From the NCBI GenBank assembly GCA_001643675.2, contig LSRY02000028.1:868001-932000 (forward strand): a stretch of 64,000 bases of DNA, in the 5' to 3' direction. This document shows, piece by piece, positions 13,477 to 22,400 of the stretch. Made by a program: the position numbers and the translations under genes. Within the stretch, counting starts at the first letter, position 1; every line of letters starts with the position of its first letter. Source of the DNA: Monocercomonoides exilis PA203. Taxonomy: Eukaryota > Protista > Preaxostyla. The notes beneath the pieces are model-generated. The model made no database searches, had not been told where the DNA came from, and was given only the letters and a program-made list of their open reading frames with translations.

Positions 13477-16400
13477 TTAGTTTTGAACTTCTTCCTTTAC
13501 CAATTGTTCAAGTACTTCTCTGTCGGTTGCAAAAGTCAATATCTCAATCCCACTGTTTACTGCTCCTAATGTTGCTTTTCCTTTTTCAGTCGCATTTGGT
13601 GAAGAACGATTGTTCATACGGATAATAAATTGTTGTATCTTATGTCCTTGTTCTCCTTGTTCTTTCAAACGCATTATCGATTTTGAGAACATTGTAGACA
13701 ATGTTTTTGAAGGCCCAATTTCAATAACTCGGCGGATGCCGTTTAACATAAAGGTGTTTTGAGTGTCAATCCACTGTACAGGTGATGCAAACTGATATGA
13801 AAGTGATTCCCGAAGAAGCAAGCGTGCTTTTTCATTGTTGCTCATAGAGAGCCAAGGGGGGTATGCATTAGACGATGAGGATGATTGTGAATTCTTCATT
13901 CCATGAATAAGTACCATTTCGTTGACACTCGGATCTACAAGTTGTCCAACAGCTTCTCTCAAATACGGTGAGTTGGTGACTGCTATAAGCTGGCGAACGT
14001 AGCTCAGAGAGAGTGAGAATGTTTCCTTGCTATAAGTGTTTGTGATAAATTTGCCTATCAGACGATCAGCGTATGCGAAGGCGTCAACGGAAGGAAGCCT
14101 CGAATCCAAGAAGGAGCGGAAGAGAGGGACAACTTTTCTCAGCACACTCGAGTGGAAAGGCATGTCAATACCTTCAAGGGGCATTACAGAAGTGGTGCGA
14201 GGTAACTTGATTGGTGTTGATGCATAGGGATATGCAGAAATTGCTTCGTAACAGAATCGATCAATCTCACTGAGGATTGATTTTGCGAGCAACTCTTCGT
14301 CGTATTTGAATGATGAATCTTCATTTTTCTTCCGGGTTTGCTCCTCAACGTGTGTAAGTACAATAGAAAGCTGCCAGATAGCATACTTCTCACCAGATAC
14401 GACATATTGATCATTGTAAACATTGTAATTCACGATCTGTAGAAGTCTTCCTCCGCATGAGTTGACAGTGCATTCAATAACATTCTTAAGATGTTCGATC
14501 TTGAACCAAGGAGCCACACGCATTGGTGAAACAGCAGCCATTGCATAGTCAGTCATGTGCGTGACAGGATCACGAGGAACACAGCTCTGCATCACCATTC
14601 CTCGCATGAAGCACACCATTGCCATTTCTTCTGCCGAGGCAATTCCTCCCATCGCTGTCAAGGCGCAATACTCGCCCAATGAATGACCACAGAAAAGATG
14701 TCTATTAGAAAGGTCCTCTTTGATTTGCTTGCTATTTTGATGGCTTCTCAGGCAGGCCAAAGCAACATACTCGTAAATGATGATGATAGGCTGAGCAAAG
14801 TGTGTCATTGAGAGAAGTCCTGTGGGAGAATGGAAGATAAAGTGAGGTGTGTCTGGCGCAACATTCGGGAAAGCACGTGAATTGATTGTTGGATCAACTG
14901 AATGCACTTCTTTCATGACAGCATCATCGTTAGTAATTCTGAAGTTCATGTACTTCTCGCGCAAAATCCTTCCTTTTTCTCCATCAGTGAAATCAATTTT
15001 GTATTCAATTGGATTTTCTCTCACAATTTTCAGAATTGAAATTCCAAGCTCCTCCATAAAGTGGGCATCACATTTGTCCCATATTTCTTTGGCTTCTGGA
15101 TACAGTTCATATATGTCCATTCCAACGCCTGCCTTCAATCCTGATTGGCCTGTGAACACGTAAGCAGTCAATGGCTGCTTCTTTTTCTCCTTATGTTCTT
15201 CAAACTCCTTTTCAGGCAAAGACTGCGCTTTCTCAGTAGCTCGCTCAGACTGCTTGGTTGATGCTGTAGATGCACTTGAGGCGGTACTTGTGCCACTTGT
15301 AGTTGCTTCTCCTGTTTCGGATGGAGTAGACTGTTTTGGTCTCTGGAATTTTTCATAAAACTTGGCCAGCATGCTCCGCGCCAGCTGGTCGGACGATGGT
15401 CCCCTCACAAAGTCAACAACAGGAATGTCAACTTTCACTTGCTTCTCTGTCCAGTTCTTCATTTCAACAGCTGTAAGTGAATCAAGACCATATTGGGAAA
15501 GTGGAACATCTATTGATATCTCTTCTTCTGACGATATACCCAAAACGCGAGCAGATTCTTTGGCAATTGCTTGAGCAAGGAATGCTACAGACTCCTCAGG
15601 GGACACTATTGTCCTCAATGCTTCTGCTACAGAAGCATATTGTCCGCTTTTGCTCGTTGAAGACGATGATGTCGATTCAGTCGCGCTGCCACTTTCATTT
15701 GATTTTGATGTTTCGCTTCGAAGCTCAATTTCTCTGTCGACTTGTTCTTTTATGTACTTAAACCGTCCAGTTTCTGCGAGCGATGCCATGAATGCAAATA
15801 GAGGCTCCCAACTAACATTGAACACGCCTACAGTCACAGGAACTGAAAGCGGATGATTGAACACACGTCTTGCAGCTCGTATGTTTGTTAGAGACTCAGC
15901 TCCATCAAAGAAATGCGATGGATGTTGTGCTTCATTTTCAGGTCGGAGCGAAAATGGACGAAGGCCCATTGGCAGCTTCTTGAATGTTTCTGCCTGAAGC
16001 TGTGCAAGTGATGCGCTAAGAGAATGATGACCAGCGTTCTCTTCGAGGAATCTTTTCCGTCCAATGTGTTCATCCTCAATATCAGCTTGTGCTTCAAGAC
16101 ATGTATGCAGAATTCTATTCGCCCAGTCTGATGAAAATGCTCTGAATCCAAACTGTCCCATATTTGCTCCAAGTGTTGTTGTGTTTCGATGAACATACCC
16201 AACTCCACCAAGCACTCCCCATTGCACAGAAATGCATGGAAGTCCTTGTGATCGTCGATATAATGAAAGTGAATCAAGAAACATGTTTGCTGATCCATAG
16301 TTTGCCTGTCCGTGTGTACCTACAACAACATTCAAAGAAGAAAGAAGCACAAACATTGTGATAGGATCATTATTCCTAACAGTGTCCTCGTGTATCAGCC

Positions 16401-19400
16401 ATGCGCCAAAGGATTTTGGACCAAGAACCTCCCAAAACGCTTTATCATCCAGATTCATCATATACCCATCATGCAAAAGCATAGCACCGTGAATGACACC
16501 AGTAATTGGAGGCATTGTCTTTCTTATCTCAGCCAACATTGCACGAGTTTCCTCTGGTGAAGATGCATCGCACTTGAATACTCTAATATCAGCACCATAT
16601 TTCTTTCGTAATGCTTCAAAGTGCTGTTGACGCGTTGAATCGCCCTTTCCTGAACGAGAAGAGACAGCAAGATACTTTGCTCCTCTTTTCAATAGTCCTG
16701 TGGCCAATGAGAGAGAGAATCCAGCTGTACCACCTGTCACAAGGTATGTCTTTGTTGCATCAATATAGTTTCCTTGCGACTCTGCTCCAATGACTCGGCG
16801 GAAGTGTGGTACGCAGAGTGATGTATATTCATTTGATGAGCTTGTGCACTCACCGCACAAAGGAAGATTAGAAGAAATCGGAGCAATCACAACTTTCCCC
16901 ACATGTCTACCATCTTTCATGAACGAGTAGGCATCTTCAGCTTGAGAGAGTGCAAATGTGGTGACAGGAGGTGGAACAAAAGAGTTTGAACAAAGCAATT
17001 TAGAACATCCATCAAACACCTCAGATAAAATATCGTCATTATCATAAATGAATTGATCTATGGCTACAACTCTGTATGTAATATTGGAAATGAATGGAAG
17101 AAGAGAAACCATTGTTCCTTGATACAAGTCAACTTTTCCGATTTCAACAAATACTCCTCCTTTGCACAATGAAGATAGTCCAGCATGTATCAGCTCTTGC
17201 GACGGAAGAGAGTTCAGAACAATATTTACACCTTTTCCATTTGTGATCTTTTTGCATTCTTGTGCGAATGCAGGTGATTCTGATGAAAGAACATATGGAA
17301 CTCCCATCTTTGAAAGATAGTTTCGCTTCCATTCTGATCGTGTTGTAACAATTGGAATGGCACCGAAGTGTCTGCATAGAGATATGGCACACAATCCAAT
17401 TCCACCGCTTCCAGCATGGATCAGCACATAATCACCTTTTTTCACCTTGGCAACAGTAACCAACGAATAATATACAGTGCTCATCTCCAACCCAATGGCA
17501 CCAAGTTGATCCCATGAATACTTACCATCATTTGGACATAATCCAACATTCTTTTCGTGTACAACCGTGTACAGGCCACAGCACTCCCTTCCAACACCAA
17601 ACACTCTATCGCCAACTTTCACACGAGTCACGCCATCTCCAATTCGACGTACTATTCCAGCAAATTCAATACCCAAGTTAGAACCTTGCCTTGCATTCTC
17701 TGGAAGCTGCCACGTCCACATCATCACATCTCGATAAACAACACCAGATGCTGCCACTTCAACCTCAACTTCTCCAGCTGGCAACTCCGCCATTCGGAAA
17801 CGCTCTTCAAGACATAAAAGATTTTTCCTTGGTGTTGTTAACGTGTAATAAGATTCAGAAGCTCCTGTGCAACTGGATGAAGATGCAGAAGAAGCAGAAG
17901 CAGAAGCAGAAGCAGATGAATTTGAAGATGGTGCAAGCGGAATACTTGGAAGAGATTTTTCCACAAGTGCTAATTCTGAGCTATCGTGGAATTGAATAAG
18001 ACGCTGTCCAAAGCATTTGTTACCTCTAACTGCAATTTCTGTCTCGCATAGTTCAACAACAGCAGATGTTGGTGCTTTTATTGATGGAGAGCTTCCTTCT
18101 TTTTCGGCCTTTTCCTTTGCATCAAGGGCTGTTGAGCTGAGAATACCCACAACTCCACTGACTTCAGTGCTTCCAGGACATCTTGCAATGTCGAGCGAAC
18201 GAGGATGAACGGAGTCGAGCTCGTTGATAATGGATCTGTTAAGTCCCCATATGGTTGACTGCCCAAGACCAACTTCACCTTTCACCATTCCCTGTGAGCG
18301 TCCAGTCACACACCACACTCCTTCTGTCACTCCCCAAGTGGTTATGTGCGAAGAAACAGCTGGTGTCTTTGAAGCATCCATCAGAGCATGCGCCATATAC
18401 AATGGTGAATAAATATTCATTTCAAAACCATGTTTCACTTCATCTTCAGTCTTTGCAACACATGGCAGATCAAGTGACCAGAGATGGACAAGTGCAACGA
18501 TTGCAGGCAACTTCTTTTCTGTCACGAGATTGAAAATGGAATCATAGCCATCACGCTTTGTTGAAGCATCAGGAATATATATCGCATAAAAGTTTTGTAG
18601 AAATGCAGATATTTCTTTCTCATCAAGCAGAGATCCATACGGCTTTTGTGGATCATTTGGAAGAACATTTTGTGAAGATGCGCAAAGTTGATGAAGAAGC
18701 GATGCAGAGTCACTCTCTTTGGCATTCGGAAGTGGTGAATGTGTTGCTCCAATGACGATATGGCCATCCCGAAGAAGAGAAGAAATGAGTCTCCCTGAAA
18801 CGAGGTTCCTATCTTCCACAAATACAACGCATGTTGTTGTTGCCTTGGATTTGCCTGCCTCAGTTGCGTGCTCAATCCATTCTTGTTTCTTTTCAGAGAA
18901 AAGAGCGATTTGCTTGTCAATCTGTTCTTTTGGTAATTGAGATGCCTGTGCAACAGTAACACCCAAACGTGCAAATATCTTCTTTTGTTGAGAATCACCT
19001 TGAATTCCAGCTGTCCATTCATTAAATACATGACTTGATGAAAACCCAGTCTCTTTCAATATATCTCTCCACATGTCCGGGGTCAACAATGGATGCTGTC
19101 TGAATTTTGTATCTTTGAGTGCCCACCATCCGTCGGTTAATCCAAAGACAATATCAAGCCATTTCAGTCCGCTCAAAGCTTCGAGAAGTATTAAGTACCC
19201 TCCTGGCTTGAGAAGCTGTTGAATGTGAGAAAGTGTAGCAGACAGATCAGATGTGGCATGAACAACATTCGCTGCAATGATGATATCCTGTGAGTGTGGC
19301 TCAAAGCCTTGCTCTACTGGAGAATTCTCGATGTTTAACGTCTGGAAATTCATGAAAGATGCATAGCGAGAGAAACGTTGTTTTGCCGTTCCAAAGAAAG

Positions 19401-22400
19401 ATGCTGAAATGTCGGTGTATGTGTACGTTGTGGTAAGCGGATCCAAAAACTCCATCAAATATGCAGTTGTTCCACCAGTTCCTGCTCCAACTTCAAGAAT
19501 TTTCAGCGGACAATCACTTTTTGTCTCTTTTAGCACAGTTTCTTCTTCAGAAAGTCCAGCTGCCTCTTTGTTCTTCTTCTGTGCTTGCACCGCTGCAACA
19601 AGCCTTTGCAAGACACCCTGTGTCACATAGTTCAGTGTACGCACCTCTCCATCGTCTCTGTAAACAGCATCAGCAAGCCCTTTATCTTTAAAGATCAATG
19701 TGACTGCATTTTCACCGTCCACAATCACATCTTTCATCCTTCGCCCAACATCCATCATGAGAGTGGTAGAAGGGCGCATTTGAGGGTATTTTGTAAGAAT
19801 CTCAGCAGCCAATGCGTTGCAGTCTTCGTTGTGAGGAAGTGTCTGCGTTTCATCATGGAAGAACGGTGCTAATGGAGCTATAACATAGTTTTCAATGAAG
19901 AATGTGGGTTCAGTGTTCGCTTTTTGTTGAGCTTCTGGAGTTAATGACAAAGTTAGATATCCAGCCTCAGAAAGATAGCGGGATAGAAGCAAGAAGAGTC
20001 TGTGATAGAACGGAAGAATATTTACGGATTCAGCAAGTTGTTTCACTGGAATAGCTTTGATTGCAGAAACGTCAATCTTCTTTGAGCGAATCAGCTCAGC
20101 TTCTTCTTTCCATAGATTCAATTTTGATCTGAAAACTTCGAGAATAATAGCAACAGTAAGCGTGTTATTCATTGGAACAACAACATCTGCCATTTCCTTT
20201 GTCTGAAATTCTGATCCTATTCCGTTCATCATCGCATTGCATTCTTCTAAAAATTGAGCGTTGTCAAGAGAAGGAAGTCCTGTGGTATTTCCAAAATCTT
20301 TGTCCAGTTCATCAAAGGAAATTATTGGAAATGCAGCTGATTTCGATTGTGTTTCGCTCGATGAAGATGGCAGAGTTGCAATCTGCTCCCATTTGTGTTC
20401 AAACATCGGAGTTTCTGCTCCACCAATCATTCCCAGTTTGCTTCCTCTTTTTCCTGATTCCAAATATCGAATAAGAACATCCTGAAGAGATCCATACACT
20501 TTTCCTTCGTCATCACAGCATGTCATAGACAGTCGCCCAGTGATTGGATCCTTGCGAGATAATGACCAGCAATGTCTTGCCGTCTTTGGCACTGATCTGA
20601 TAAAGCTCGCACGCACAGCCTCAACAGGGAAGAATGCACCTCTTTTCTCTCTGGCTGACAGACCTGACTGCAAGCAGGAGTCGAGGAAAGGAGGATACAT
20701 AAATCCCCACTTCCCGAGCTCTTCTTCGGTTGTCTCTGGATTGACTTCAATGTAGGCAAGTGACATTAAAGGATTGTCTCTGTCATTGATCCAAATTCGT
20801 CTTGTAAGACGCAACTGGCGTTTAAGTTCCAGTCCATCTGTCCAAAGCTGGGCGAAGAATTGGTCGATTGGTATTTCGATAGGGCACATCTTTCTGTACG
20901 CATCGAGATCAATTGTATCAAACGCTTGACTTGGCTGCGAAGGAACAAAGTCTGGCTGAAGGAGCGGGATTGTTGTTAACTGTTGCTTTTCTCTCTTAAT
21001 CACTTCCTCTTCAGCTTCCATCACAACAGCACAGTGCAACGTGAACTCACCTTTTGGAAGAACACGAGAAGATAATGTGACATTGTATGCATTAACTGTA
21101 GCAGAACGGGAGCCTGGCTTGTGGATAGGATCAAATGAAATATTCACTCTGACCGTTTCTCCTTTGTTCATATAGAATGCATTCAGAAACTGCACATCTC
21201 GCAGCCAGAAAGGTCTGTCTCCAAATACTCTTCGTCCACAAGTCAATATACACTCCACAAAAGTCACTCCAGGAACGACAATGTTTCCTTGCAGGCAATG
21301 GTCCAGCACCCACGGGATGTGTGATGTAGATATATCACTCTGCCAGCAAGGGTTGAGTGTGTCTTGTCTAATTCTCGCAATGGGGTGTCCATCAGCTGGA
21401 CCCAAACGATGCTCATGTTGCATTGGAGACTCATTCCAGCACTGTGTTCGTGTCCATGCGTACAATGGCAGTCCTTCAACAAAGCAGTACTCACTCACAT
21501 CCTCTTTTGCAGACAATGAGGACTCTTCGAACAAAACACGTGCTTTTCGTTCGTCGTATGTGTTGTATGGCACAAACACAGACTTCTTCAAATCCAAATT
21601 GTACCCAAGACAATACACGTTTGCCAGGGATCGCAGCATCAGCATTCTTTCATTTTCAGCTTTTCTCAATAGTGTTGGAACATAAATGAAAGGCTTTCCT
21701 TCCGAACCCATAATTTCTCCGAGGAATGTTCGAAGCACGTTGTGGGGCCCACATTCCAAGAATACCCATTCGATTTCCTTTGCAGAATGGCTTGATCCAT
21801 CTTCCTTTTTATCTTCATCTTCCTCGTTTTTTACTGAATCCTCGTCTCCTGAAGAATCTGTAGACGTTCGCCTAATCATCTCTAGAATGGCTCCCATAAA
21901 TTGTACAGGGTTACGCAATGATGCCCACCAATACTCTCCATCCATTTTCACTTCCTTTTCCAAGGGTGTATATGTTGATACAAGTGGTGTTGAAGGTCGT
22001 AGAGGTGTGATTCCTTTCAGCCCTGAAATGATCTGATCGTGAACAAGATCCACATACTGTGAATGCATTGGCTCGTCAACAAGAAGCCTTCTGACACGAA
22101 TTGATGATTCTTCGTTTTCAGTTGCAACTCTTTCCACTTCGTTCATGTCTTCAGTTTCGCCTGAAATATTCCAACGCGTTGGTGCGTTGTGTCCTGCAAT
22201 ATCCACTTTCTTTCCTTCAATCAGAGATAAAAGATCATCTTTCTCGCCAGTGACAGCAGCCATATGACCCATTCCGTTGCAGAACTTTTGTCCTTTCGAA
22301 CGCTCCCATGCAACGCGAGTCGCATCTTCAATTGATAAAGCTCCAGAAACATGAGCAGCAGCAATCTCTCCCAGTGAATGTCCGACAATGATATCAGGCT

